Shown here piece by piece: positions 39,327 through 49,131 of a stretch of DNA of 57,149 nucleotides; the stretch's first letter is position 1, and the number at the start of each line of letters is the position of its first letter. The DNA is taken from positions 1 to 57,149 of the forward strand of contig CAYPJR010000001.1 in assembly GCA_964411115.1 (NCBI GenBank), read 5' to 3'. Under the pieces are notes generated by a model, which did no database searches, was not told the origin of the DNA, and worked only from the letters and a program-made list of their open reading frames with translations. Both the position numbers and the translations under genes were made by a program. The DNA comes from an uncultured Candidatus Bathyarchaeia archaeon (GTDB lineage: Archaea > Thermoproteota > Bathyarchaeia > Bathyarchaeales > DTEX01).

Positions 39327-39854
39327 TCAGTATTCTATTCCCCTCCTAGCTTGGACGCCCACCCTCCATGGATGCTTTACCTCCCGCATCTCTGTAACTA
39401 AATCAGCTCTTTCAACAAGCTCCCTAGGTGCATTTCTGCCCGTTAAAACAACGGTTGTAGATTCAGGTATATCCCTTAAAAGATCAAGCACATCGCTTAA
39501 TTTAATTAAACCTACTGAGACGGCGAGGTTTATTTCATCTAAAATTAGAAGGCGGGGTTTCATCCTTAGGGCTTTCCTAGCGAAATTAAGCCCCCTCTCC
39601 GCCAGATCATAATCAATTGGCTCAGGATTTTTAAGATCTATAAATTCCCTGCGTCCAAACTGATGAATCTCATAGTTAGGTGCAAGCCTTCTTCTAATCT
39701 TATATTCGCCTACATCTTTACGTCCCTTCATAAATTGAACTATTATGACTTTATATCCATGTCCAACAGCCCTTAATGCTAGGCCGAAGGCTGTAATTGA
39801 TTTGCCTTCACCATCACCCGTATATAGATGTATAAAACCCATAGGCATCACCAA
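39327..39854 (-). CDS. cobO: cob(I)yrinic acid a,c-diamide adenosyltransferase (CobA/CobO/BtuR family)
   Basis: TGDGEGKS P-loop, VIIVQFMKG and LILDEI motifs. Confidence 0.85.
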   Translation of the reverse strand: MVMPMGFIHLYTGDGEGKSITAFGLALRAVGHGYKVIIVQFMKGRKDVGEYKIRRRLAPNYEIHQFGRREFIDLKNPEPIDYDLAERGLNFARKALRMKPRLLILDEINLAVSVGLIKLSDVLDLLRDIPESTTVVLTGRNAPRELVERADLVTEMREVKHPWRVGVQARRGIEY

Positions 39855-39997
39855 AACATTAATAACTATTTTTTATGTATTAGCCGCTGAAAATATTTAA
39901 TATTGCCGCTTAATCTGCAATCGGTTATTTTATATAAAAACTTATATTTTGTGCACCTAATTGAATAATTATTGCTGATAGATGGAGGTATTATCCG

Positions 39998-40519
39998 ATG
40001 GAAGTATTTAATGTGATACTAAATAGGAGAAGCATTAGGAAATATAGGAAAGAGCCGATACCTGACAGCGTTTTAGAGAAAATTCTAGAGGCAGGTAGAC
40101 TCGCACCTTCAGCTGCTAATAGGCAACCATGGTACTTCATAGTGGTGAAGGATGAGAAGATTAAGGAAATGCTTGTAGATGCATGTAGGGGCCAAAAATT
40201 TGTTGGCGAATCTGGAGCGGTGATCGCTGTTTTAGGAGACCAAAATATTTCCAGATGGTACAGGCAGGATCCGTTCATAGCTGCAAGTTTCATGACCCTA
40301 GAGGCTTACGAAGAGGGGTTGGGCGTCTGCTGGATAGGGGCATTTGAGGAGGAAAAAGTTAAACATGTTTTAAAAATACCTGAGAACTTATCCGTGGTGA
40401 TACTATTGACGGTTGGATATCCAGATGAGGAGCCGTCTCCAAGGCCTAGAAAGCCTAGAGAGCAAATATTTTTCCTTGACGAGTATGGTAAAACATATTC
40501 ATTCCGGACCTTAAAGTAG
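39998..40519 (+). CDS. nitroreductase-family protein
   Basis: RRSIRKY...APSAANRQPW motif. Confidence 0.85.
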   Translation: MEVFNVILNRRSIRKYRKEPIPDSVLEKILEAGRLAPSAANRQPWYFIVVKDEKIKEMLVDACRGQKFVGESGAVIAVLGDQNISRWYRQDPFIAASFMTLEAYEEGLGVCWIGAFEEEKVKHVLKIPENLSVVILLTVGYPDEEPSPRPRKPREQIFFLDEYGKTYSFRTLK

Positions 40520-40520
40520 C

Positions 40521-41087
40521 TTAGTCGCATGGATAATTTTTACCCATCTTCCGCTTTAACTTTCCTAAGCATCTTTCGCAGAATCCAGGTTTTTTCCTAT
40601 CGGTCATACCTATATGAAGTGAGAAGTGCATGACGCATAAAGGGTTTGGACAATGAACTAAACCGCATGTATGCCCTATTTCATGCACAGCCTCTTTAAT
40701 GGATCTCTCTATGAAAAGCTGCTCATTAGGTGGTTCACCATAAAACTCAGGCCTAAGCCTATAAAGCGATATTATTGCCGCTTTACCGGGACATTGAGCC
40801 TCGCCAAAAATGAAGTTCATTCCTTGAGCATAAATATCGACGTTAACAATGCCCAAAAGGATGCATTGGCTCTCGCCCTCAATTTTTAACTTGTAATTTA
40901 ATATTTCCTTTAATATCGGCTCAGACCTATATTGCCCCCTTATAGGGTTGTAGGCTTTTTCAGGCAGCTGTAAATTATCTTCCAAGATTCTGCAGGTGCA
41001 TGTGGGAAAAGCCTCTTCTACGCCTCTTGAGATGCGCTCCAAGATTTTCCTCTCAAAGTTGCCGATCTGAATTATGCATACTTCCAT
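40521..41087 (-). CDS. amzA: archaemetzincin
   Basis: HEIGHTCGLVHC zinc motif plus a C-terminal CxxC. Confidence 0.85.
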   Translation of the reverse strand: MEVCIIQIGNFERKILERISRGVEEAFPTCTCRILEDNLQLPEKAYNPIRGQYRSEPILKEILNYKLKIEGESQCILLGIVNVDIYAQGMNFIFGEAQCPGKAAIISLYRLRPEFYGEPPNEQLFIERSIKEAVHEIGHTCGLVHCPNPLCVMHFSLHIGMTDRKKPGFCERCLGKLKRKMGKNYPCD

Positions 41088-41144
41088 TTCCTAAACCCAG
41101 CCTATGTGAGCCACAACGTCTAAAGGCTGTGGTTTTTTGAGGAC

Positions 41145-42419
41145 TTAGATAACAAATGTGTCTCCTGGATTTGGAGCAAAAGCTTCAAGCCCAACTTCTT
41201 CTTTAATCCACTTCGCAAACTTCTGGCAGTTTCCGTTAGCCCCATGAATAGTATAAACCGTAGGTTTACCCTTAAGCCTTTTAACGGTTTCCTTAAGCTC
41301 CTTTGCACCGCAATGGGATGAGAAATCGAAGAAGCCAACTTTAGCTTTGATCTTACGGACTTTACCATCTATGACGCATCTGCCAGTCTCCATTAGCTCA
41401 CGTCCAGGGGTTCCGGGAATTTGATAACCAACTAGGAACACAGCGTTCCTAGATTTCTTTCCAACAGTCTGAATATAGTAGCTCGCTGGGCCGCCCTTCA
41501 GCATGCCAGCTGGCGCTATTATGACACCGGGCCTTTTCGCCACCCTCTTTCGTTCTCTCCAGTCATCAATCCATCCAACCATATGAACGGCGTCCATAAA
41601 TAACCGCGGATCCTTAATGAATTCTAAATGATTCATTATTATCCTGCTGGCTTCACGAGCCATTCCATCTATGACGACTGAATGCTCAAAATGATGGGCT
41701 GCGAGAACACATGCGATCTCCTGCGCCCGCCCAACACTAAACGCTGGGACAAGAACGACTCCGCCTGACTCAACAACATCAGTAACTTCGTTAATAAATT
41801 TCTCTTCCAGAATTTTACGTTCAGTATGATCTTCGCTGGCATATGTGCTTTCAATAATAACTGCATCCAATTCGCCGCAATTGAAAACCGCGCCTTTAAG
41901 CAACCTGGTTTCTATAGTGTTAAAGTCGCTTGTATATAGTAGGCGCTTTCCTTCAGCTTCCACGAGAACCGAGGCTCCGCCTGGAAGATGCCCGGAATTC
42001 AATAATCTAAATTTTATATCACCCACAGTTACCTCTTCCTCATAATTGATGCTTACGTGGCTCCTAATCATGGAGTTAAGCTCTATGTACTCAAAGGGCA
42101 GATAGTAGCTTGATAGATGAATGAAATCCTTTATCAGTAGAGCGGTTAGGCTTAAGTTCAGCCTAGTTCCATAAACCTTTTTCGGTTCGCTTATGTGAAA
42201 TATTGGAATTGCCCCTGAATGATCCAGATGGCTATGTGTTGCAACTATGGCGTCAACCTCTTTTGGCGGTATATGCATTGGGAAGCCGGGTGTATGATTA
42301 AGCATGACCCCATAGTCTAGCAAAATTTGCGCCCTGCTGGTTTTCACAGCCACGGCTGCCCTACCAACTTCCCTGGCTCCGCCTAAGAATTTGATTTCCA
42401 ACGAATCTTTCTCCACCAT
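41145..42419 (-). CDS. beta-CASP / metallo-beta-lactamase ribonuclease (aCPSF2-like)
   Basis: HSHLDHSG motif. The 424-aa KH-less architecture is typical of archaeal aCPSF2. Confidence 0.8.
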   Translation of the reverse strand: MVEKDSLEIKFLGGAREVGRAAVAVKTSRAQILLDYGVMLNHTPGFPMHIPPKEVDAIVATHSHLDHSGAIPIFHISEPKKVYGTRLNLSLTALLIKDFIHLSSYYLPFEYIELNSMIRSHVSINYEEEVTVGDIKFRLLNSGHLPGGASVLVEAEGKRLLYTSDFNTIETRLLKGAVFNCGELDAVIIESTYASEDHTERKILEEKFINEVTDVVESGGVVLVPAFSVGRAQEIACVLAAHHFEHSVVIDGMAREASRIIMNHLEFIKDPRLFMDAVHMVGWIDDWRERKRVAKRPGVIIAPAGMLKGGPASYYIQTVGKKSRNAVFLVGYQIPGTPGRELMETGRCVIDGKVRKIKAKVGFFDFSSHCGAKELKETVKRLKGKPTVYTIHGANGNCQKFAKWIKEEVGLEAFAPNPGDTFVI

Positions 42420-42584
42420 TCATTTATGGTTTACCTGACTCAGACTCTTTCTTTAATTAAATGCAGGGTTTCTATATTAACTTTTTTAATGTTTATCGGT
42501 TTAGCGTCCATGCCTAATGTCTCTTTAAATAATGAAGTCGAAATCATATTATTAAGTGCAATTTTTAGATGCGCTTTCAGCTTG

Positions 42585-44171
42585 TTAAGAAATAATCTTT
42601 TTAACGCCCGATGTCAGAGGCAATCTTTCAATTTTAATTTTATCTCTATAGGGACCATTAGCGTAGATTTCAGCTAAATCTCTGCTCCAACCATCCTCCA
42701 CGAGCAGTATAATGGTTGTGTATTGTGATCTATTAATGTATTCAAGGATTTGGTGGGCAACATGTTTTATGGATTCAATATCGGGCGGATAGGCGTATTC
42801 ATATTGATACAGAGGGTAAGTTTCGGCGAGCTCCATAGGTATTACGCCGAAGGGGGGCGAATAAAAACATACGTGAGCAACGCCTGGATCTAAACCAGCC
42901 TTTTTACATATTGCAGAAACTATCTTCCTGTAGAGCCCACGTCTTCGAGTATTTTTTGCTTCAAGGTCCGGTATTAAAATTAAGATTTTAGCCCATTCCG
43001 GTGGGGAGTACCTCTCCCTTAACCTCTTAACATGGCGGGTTACCTCCGGCCTGATTAATCCAATGGAGCTGAAGAAGAAAAGCCCCCTCTTTTTAATTTG
43101 CGGACTGTGCTTCTCAATGTATTCGCTATATTTTTTCAGATTCTTCAATGCTTGGAGAAGCGATGGATGCGCATGAGATTTCATCTCCACATATTCCCAT
43201 AATCTTCCCTCGGATATTGCCTGTTTAACCCTTCTAATTTCTGAAAAACAAACATAAAGATTATGCATACTCAGATTCTTCTCCCGCTCATCTTTAGGCA
43301 TCTCCATAAGATCCCTAGGTTCATATTTAACGCAAACAGGGCATGAGCAGGGTAGATATTCAAGATCTTTAAGATGCATCGTTCCATAGTCTGTTAGGTA
43401 GCGGTTCTCCCTAGCGAACAGCGAATAAGCCGCTGAATCGAAAATATCGCATCCAAGGACAACTATTAATGGAAAAATAAGCGGGTGCCCAGCTCCAAAA
43501 AGGTGAAATGGGCGGTTTATTGGAGCATTCATCTTCGCTGTGAGCACCATATCGACAAGCACAGTAAATAGATACTGCTCCATGACAGGCGTTGGGCTAC
43601 CTAAAGCATGAATATGGAAAGGAAGATTCCCGATCTCCCTAGCCGAGGAGGCCACAAGATTAAGGAAGCAGCCCCCCTGAATTGGGCCAACCCAGGCTAT
43701 GTCCATGCGTCTTCTAAGGTTCTCAAGCTCTTTAGCTCTTCTCAATGTTTCATCAACGGTGTATTTTGCATGATCTGATGAGACGCCCCAGCCGGTTGGA
43801 ACATCAAGAATCGTTGCGATATCCGTATCTATTTCCTCCTGATACCTTATGATCTCCTCATTAGTTACTTCCACGCTTCCGTAAGCCAGAATCTGATATG
43901 CGCCGGAATCCGTCATCACAACGCCTGGAAAATCAAGTATTCCATGAATCCCCCTCTCCTTTGCCTTTTCACCAAAATATTTCTTTACAATGTACGCATT
44001 TGTTATTAGGGCGTTACAGCCAAAGAGATCCCAGAGTTCTCTGGGCTTCACAACTTCTCTAGCCGGATTTATTACGGGAAGAAAAATCGGCGTTTCAACA
44101 GTTCCGCTTTTTGTTCTGAACCTTCCTATTCTGGCTAGGAGATCCTTATCACGTACTTCAAATTCAATCAT
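42585..44171 (-). CDS. tgtA: archaeosine tRNA-guanine transglycosylase (no PUA domain evident)
   Basis: TPIFLPV, MTDSGAYQ, LFGAGHP, FDSAAY and CSCPVC zinc-site motifs. Confidence 0.85.
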   Translation of the reverse strand: MIEFEVRDKDLLARIGRFRTKSGTVETPIFLPVINPAREVVKPRELWDLFGCNALITNAYIVKKYFGEKAKERGIHGILDFPGVVMTDSGAYQILAYGSVEVTNEEIIRYQEEIDTDIATILDVPTGWGVSSDHAKYTVDETLRRAKELENLRRRMDIAWVGPIQGGCFLNLVASSAREIGNLPFHIHALGSPTPVMEQYLFTVLVDMVLTAKMNAPINRPFHLFGAGHPLIFPLIVVLGCDIFDSAAYSLFARENRYLTDYGTMHLKDLEYLPCSCPVCVKYEPRDLMEMPKDEREKNLSMHNLYVCFSEIRRVKQAISEGRLWEYVEMKSHAHPSLLQALKNLKKYSEYIEKHSPQIKKRGLFFFSSIGLIRPEVTRHVKRLRERYSPPEWAKILILIPDLEAKNTRRRGLYRKIVSAICKKAGLDPGVAHVCFYSPPFGVIPMELAETYPLYQYEYAYPPDIESIKHVAHQILEYINRSQYTTIILLVEDGWSRDLAEIYANGPYRDKIKIERLPLTSGVKKIIS

Positions 44172-44360
44172 ATATTCAAGTGCACCCGCTTATGCCTCTA
44201 TTGGGCGATATCTCCGGCTTAAAGTAAGATCATTAATGTGCTACTTAAGTGTATTCTGCAGCTAGAGAACGCGAGAATATTAAGCGGCGTATATCTGATG
44301 AAGAGCGGCTTCCGCCACCGATAAAGTTAAAAGTGGGATTGCTGAAACGTTTAAGGGACT

Positions 44361-44693
44361 ATGAGTGAGAAATCTGAGAAGGATAAATTGGATTCGGAAA
44401 GAAAGGTCATTGTGGAGGGCTCATCTAACTTTCAATTTAACGCAGCTTACCTTGCATATTCAGAAGCCTATGATAAAAATTCTGACCCTGAGGTAAGAAA
44501 GTATCTGAATCAAAATATAATTGCTCTTCAGCAGAACAAAATAGACTATCAGACATTCTATAGGAACATAAATCAGTACCGCCAGATTAACACCGCTCAG
44601 TATTATTCCAGATCAAGCATAAAAACGCAGAGTAAAGGCGAATGGCGCAGCAAAATGCGTAAAATAGAGAGAGAAAAAAGATACGAAAAATAG
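44361..44693 (+). CDS. hypothetical K/Q/N/Y-rich protein
   Basis: 110-aa ORF in its own intergenic slot. No motif recognised. Confidence 0.4.
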   Translation: MSEKSEKDKLDSERKVIVEGSSNFQFNAAYLAYSEAYDKNSDPEVRKYLNQNIIALQQNKIDYQTFYRNINQYRQINTAQYYSRSSIKTQSKGEWRSKMRKIEREKRYEK

Positions 44694-44847
44694 TGGGAAA
44701 CTGCTGAAAACTCAGAATTTCAATAGATATCCGCCATTTTTACCAGAGTAAATATTGGATCATTTATTAATGAAATTCCCTTTTTCACTTAAGATTTATT
44801 ACTGAGCTCCTCCACTTTTTTAGAGGTTAAATCCCAACCTGATAAAT

Positions 44848-45966
44848 ATGGAATCAGCAGTTGATATGCAGGTAATCCTCCAGGTTTCGGCGGATTGGAT
44901 CTTCCAGCTAATTTGGATATTAGCCTTTATAATCATCTGGGTTTATGGGCAGCGGATTCAGACCATACTAACGCTTAAGGAGATTGAAGGGTCGCTTTCT
45001 AGACTTAAATATATGAGAGATAGGGGGAGACAGATAGCTATTTCAACGATTAAGGAGATAGGTAAACCCGCCGAGGATCCGACGGCTAGGGTTGACCGTT
45101 TACTGGAGCATGTAGACATAGAACCCGTCAGCCTGGATCCAACCGGCATAATTAGGAGACTGGAGCATATAATAGACGTTAGAGACTTTAGGTTTAAGGA
45201 GGAGGTGCGGCAGATGGCACCTCAAGCTGATGAAACGCAAATAAATAATATAGCGAATGTGCTTGAAGCAGCGTTGGCATTAAACCATGTTTATAAAGTT
45301 GTAAGGCACTACTATTTGATGGGAAAGAAAACATTAAGTTTTTATGTAATTCTGCAGATTCAAATGCTTCTTCCACTGATAATGAGGGAATCTGAAGCTT
45401 TTGTAAACGCCTTAAAGGCATTCACTTTGGGTCAGCCAATAGGCGACGGCGCAGGCGCTCTTGTCGCTGCGAGACTAATGCATGACAAAGAGAAGAGGCT
45501 GATAGCTCAAGACACCGTTGTAAGTGAGACGCAGATAGAGGGGCGGAGGACATATGTAATAAAGGCTAAGGGTCCAGGCGGAAACGTCGGCAAGCCAGGT
45601 GAAGCCATAAAGCAGATACTTGAGGAGGAAGAGGGAAAAGTTGCTTTAATCATAATTATTGATGCGGCTCAAAAGCTTGAGGGTGAAAAAGCAGGCGACG
45701 TGGCTGAGGGGGTTGGGGTTGCCATAGGTGGACCTGGAGTTGATAAATATAAGGTTGAGGAGGTAGCCGCGAAATATAAGGTTCCATTGAGAGCGATTCT
45801 CATAAAAGAGAGCATTGAAGATGTTGTTTCCACCATGAGAAAAGAAATAGTTGACGGGGTGGAGGAGGCAATAGAGAGGGTTAAAAGAATTATCCGTGAA
45901 AGCACTAATGAGGGAGATACTGTTATAATCGCCGGGATAGGAAACACTATTGGGATAGCTCAATAG
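44848..45966 (+). CDS. N-terminally membrane-anchored conserved archaeal protein (DUF1512-like by size and pattern)
   Basis: 372 aa with one N-terminal TM. The family assignment is recalled, not verified. Confidence 0.55.
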   Translation: MESAVDMQVILQVSADWIFQLIWILAFIIIWVYGQRIQTILTLKEIEGSLSRLKYMRDRGRQIAISTIKEIGKPAEDPTARVDRLLEHVDIEPVSLDPTGIIRRLEHIIDVRDFRFKEEVRQMAPQADETQINNIANVLEAALALNHVYKVVRHYYLMGKKTLSFYVILQIQMLLPLIMRESEAFVNALKAFTLGQPIGDGAGALVAARLMHDKEKRLIAQDTVVSETQIEGRRTYVIKAKGPGGNVGKPGEAIKQILEEEEGKVALIIIIDAAQKLEGEKAGDVAEGVGVAIGGPGVDKYKVEEVAAKYKVPLRAILIKESIEDVVSTMRKEIVDGVEEAIERVKRIIRESTNEGDTVIIAGIGNTIGIAQ

Positions 45967-45981
45967 ATTGGTGGGCTACGC

Positions 45982-46365
45982 ATGGATGAAAGGGAGCCGA
46001 GAAGAACACCTATATTTTTCATGTCCGTCATAGTCTTCATGCTCATTATGTCATTAGCAGCTCTTCTCCTGGCAATAGAAGCGTACTTAGTGCAGGGAAA
46101 ACTTGAAATGATAAACATTATTTTGAGCGCAAGCGCGTTGTCATTATCTTTATACATGTTCATTCAGATAAGGAGAAGACCAGTAAGTTTAGGATTTGAA
46201 ATGCTTAAAGTCTCAACCGTAATACGATGCCTAAAATGCGACTATAAAAATGTGAGGGAGTTTGAAAAGGGAGATTACATATTAAGAAACGCCGGCTCAT
46301 GCCCAAAATGCGGTGGAACGCTTATTATATATTCAATTTTTAGAGAATCGAAAGAGAAAGATTAA
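45982..46365 (+). CDS. two-TM protein with C-terminal zinc ribbon
   Basis: CLKCDY...CPKCGG motif. Starts 16 nt after the preceding gene. Confidence 0.6.
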   Translation: MDEREPRRTPIFFMSVIVFMLIMSLAALLLAIEAYLVQGKLEMINIILSASALSLSLYMFIQIRRRPVSLGFEMLKVSTVIRCLKCDYKNVREFEKGDYILRNAGSCPKCGGTLIIYSIFRESKEKD

Positions 46366-46394
46366 AACTCATCCCGCATTAATATATACAAGCG

Positions 46395-47342
46395 CTAGGT
46401 TAACACAATAATGTCTCTGTCGCCTACATAAATCGTATGCTCGGCTTGAGCAACCGGCTTCAGACTTGCTTCTATGAAAACCGGGTATGACATTAAATAT
46501 TTTAATGATATAAGCTCTGCGAAAGCCCGTTTATATGCTTCCTCCCGCCCTAAGCTTCTTCTCAACCATCTTTCAGCGAAGGGCAGAGTTTTAAAGTTTT
46601 CATTAATAAAATTTAGCAAACTTTTAATTTCAGCTCGCTTCTGAGCAAACTTATGCTTCACAACCCTGAAGATATATCTCTCGCGGCCATCCTCAACTAT
46701 TCCAAGAGCATCCTTAAGCGTGACGAATGGTTCAATTGCGTAAACGCATCCAGAAGCGATTTTTTCTAGAGAAAAATGAGAAATATTCGGTATAGATTTC
46801 CCAGCATGAATAATGTATCGGCCAATTTGATGCCCAGTTAGGTTCGAAACCGGCTTGAAACCGTACCGCTCAATTGCCGCTTGAATCTCGGAACTAACCT
46901 TCGAAACCGATATTCCGGGACGCATAATATTTATAGCTGCCTCAAGCGCTTTCTCCGCAGCATAAACCATGCCTTCATATTCAGGGTTGAAACATACCGT
47001 TGTGGCGGTGTCAGCAATGTAGCCGTCCACATGCACGCCGATATCAATTTTAACAAGGGCTCTTTCAGGTATTATTCTTCTATCATTAGGTGGGGAAGTG
47101 TAATGCGCAGCAACCTCATTTACTGAAACATTGCATGGAAACGCTGGTTTCCCACCTAAATCTCTAATTCTCCCCTCAACAATCTCGCAGACTTCGATGA
47201 GAGGCATACCTTCTTTAACAGCCCTCTTTATTTCCTCCCTAACCCTAGCAGCTATTTTGCCCGCCTGAATGTACTTTTCAAGGTTTTCCTCTTGAAAATG
47301 TCTCCTATTGCCGCTAGATACTTCTTTATTCGACGCATCCAT
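46395..47342 (-). CDS. map: type 2 methionine aminopeptidase
   Basis: Pita-bread fold motifs: AAHYTS, DIGVHVDGY, GHQIG. Confidence 0.9.
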   Translation of the reverse strand: MDASNKEVSSGNRRHFQEENLEKYIQAGKIAARVREEIKRAVKEGMPLIEVCEIVEGRIRDLGGKPAFPCNVSVNEVAAHYTSPPNDRRIIPERALVKIDIGVHVDGYIADTATTVCFNPEYEGMVYAAEKALEAAINIMRPGISVSKVSSEIQAAIERYGFKPVSNLTGHQIGRYIIHAGKSIPNISHFSLEKIASGCVYAIEPFVTLKDALGIVEDGRERYIFRVVKHKFAQKRAEIKSLLNFINENFKTLPFAERWLRRSLGREEAYKRAFAELISLKYLMSYPVFIEASLKPVAQAEHTIYVGDRDIIVLT

Positions 47343-47473
47343 TTTTTGATTCCAGCATGAAATTCTTCATGCTTTAAGGTTATTTAGTTAATTGGGGGCT
47401 GTAAGATTTAAATATTGTTTTTATCCTCATAATATATGGTCTTTAGAGTAATTAGCGTCTTACGGCGAACCAT

Positions 47474-49057
47474 ATGGGGCGCTTAGTGGTTTTAACAGCT
47501 GATAGAACATTAATGAGTGAATATGGCGGAGCAATATTTCTAGGCTTCAGCGCGTGCGTACCTAAGGGTTTAGTTCCAGACAGCCTCTACTTTAGAGTTT
47601 TCTGTCCGCCGGTGGAGGCTAATGAGGATGGGTCCGCCGTTGTAGCGCCCAACGGAACTAGGAAGATTGAGGCTGCCCTGCTGGAGTATGGTTTTAAGAG
47701 GGAAGACATTATAGTTGCCCACCCAGAGTATTTAGATAGGGCTATAGGTCCGGAAACTAAGGTTCTGGGGATAACTGAGAATGATCCCTTAGGCATGGGT
47801 CCTGCGACAACAACATTCACTGAAATTTTTGGCGGAGAAGCCTATATGGCGATTAAGTTCCGTGAGATTCTAAATCATCCAGCTGTTAAGAAGTATAGGC
47901 CGAAGATAATAGTTGGCGGCGCAGGTGCATGGCAGCTTGAAGATGAAGGCGTTAGAAAAAAGCTGGGCATAGACACCGTCGTCATCGGGGAAGGAGAGAA
48001 GATAGTTGGACCCCTATTTGAGAAGGCGGTGAATGGCGAAGAGCTGCCAAGTGTGGTTTACGGCGAGGTTGTTGAGGAGGATGAAATACCAGTTATTAGA
48101 GGGGCAACAATAGATGGTATAATTGAAATTGCTAGGGGATGCGGACGCGGATGCGATTTTTGCGTTCCAACTCTTCAGCGCTTCCGATGCTTATCAATCG
48201 ACCACATACTGAAAGAAATCGAGGTCAATCTAAGGGCTGGAAGACAGCCGCTATTTCACGCTGAGGACGTGTTAAGGTATAAAGCCAGGGGCTTAGATAT
48301 AAATAAGCAAGCCGTCATAGAACTTTTTAAGAGCGCTAAAAACTATCCAGGCGTCAAAAGTATTGGAATAAGCCACTTTGCTTTAGCATCAGTTGTAAGC
48401 GCGCCAGATCTAGTTGAGGAAATATCTGGAATCCTTAACCTTAACAGTAGACATTGGCTTGGCGGACAGACGGGGATTGAAACCGGCAGCCCGAAAATGA
48501 TTGAGAAGCATATGAAGGGTAAATGTAAGCCCTATTCGCCGGAAGATTGGCCGGAAATCGTTATCAGAGCATTTGAAATACTAAGTGAAAATAATTGGTT
48601 GCCATGTGCAACGCTGATTCTAGGTCTTCCAGGTGAGAAAATAGAGGATGTTGAGTTAACAATCTCACTCGTTGAAAAGTTGAAGCCTTTTAAGAGCATA
48701 ATCGTGCCATTATTCTTTGTTGCAACGGGAGGTTTAAGCGATAAAACGCGCTCCTTCACATTAAACGATTTAACACCAACCCACACTGAGCTCCTATTTA
48801 AATGTTGGAAACATAATTTCATGTGGATGGACACAATATTTAAGGACTGGAGTGAAATGAGCATAAAAAGCGGGATAGTGCGGAGAAGCATAAAAATGAT
48901 TATTTCATACGGTGTTAAACAAGTTACGAAATTTATGGATATCTGCGAAAAATACTATGACTACGATCTAAGGGCTATGATTAGAGATGTTAAGTATGGA
49001 AATCTAAAAATCGATCAGCCTTTGCCGATACGGATACTGAAGCCCATATTAAGATAG
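47474..49057 (+). CDS. radical SAM protein with N-terminal B12-binding-like (Rossmann-type) domain
   Basis: ARGCGRGCDFC (CX3CX2C) about 220 aa from the N-terminus. 527 aa. Confidence 0.8.
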   Translation: MGRLVVLTADRTLMSEYGGAIFLGFSACVPKGLVPDSLYFRVFCPPVEANEDGSAVVAPNGTRKIEAALLEYGFKREDIIVAHPEYLDRAIGPETKVLGITENDPLGMGPATTTFTEIFGGEAYMAIKFREILNHPAVKKYRPKIIVGGAGAWQLEDEGVRKKLGIDTVVIGEGEKIVGPLFEKAVNGEELPSVVYGEVVEEDEIPVIRGATIDGIIEIARGCGRGCDFCVPTLQRFRCLSIDHILKEIEVNLRAGRQPLFHAEDVLRYKARGLDINKQAVIELFKSAKNYPGVKSIGISHFALASVVSAPDLVEEISGILNLNSRHWLGGQTGIETGSPKMIEKHMKGKCKPYSPEDWPEIVIRAFEILSENNWLPCATLILGLPGEKIEDVELTISLVEKLKPFKSIIVPLFFVATGGLSDKTRSFTLNDLTPTHTELLFKCWKHNFMWMDTIFKDWSEMSIKSGIVRRSIKMIISYGVKQVTKFMDICEKYYDYDLRAMIRDVKYGNLKIDQPLPIRILKPILR

Positions 49058-49131
49058 CATTCTTACTTTTAAATAGATCCATTATTACATTTATTTTTGT
49101 TGTCCATAAAGATGGTTGGAGAGCGGATGCC

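Noticed and set aside
41120-41368. 82-aa minus-strand ORF overlapping the 3' end of the beta-CASP RNase in another frame.
   Set aside because: It is an out-of-frame overlap with a well-supported gene and has a basic, low-complexity product.
44286-44352. Second C/D-box-like arrangement: CUGAUGA (44295-44301), then 40 nt, then CUGA (44342-44345), which is the right overall spacing.
   Set aside because: The internal D'/C' boxes are unrecognisable and the terminal stem is poorly placed relative to the K-turn. The element abuts the start codon of the 44361 ORF, so it is more likely promoter or 5' UTR.
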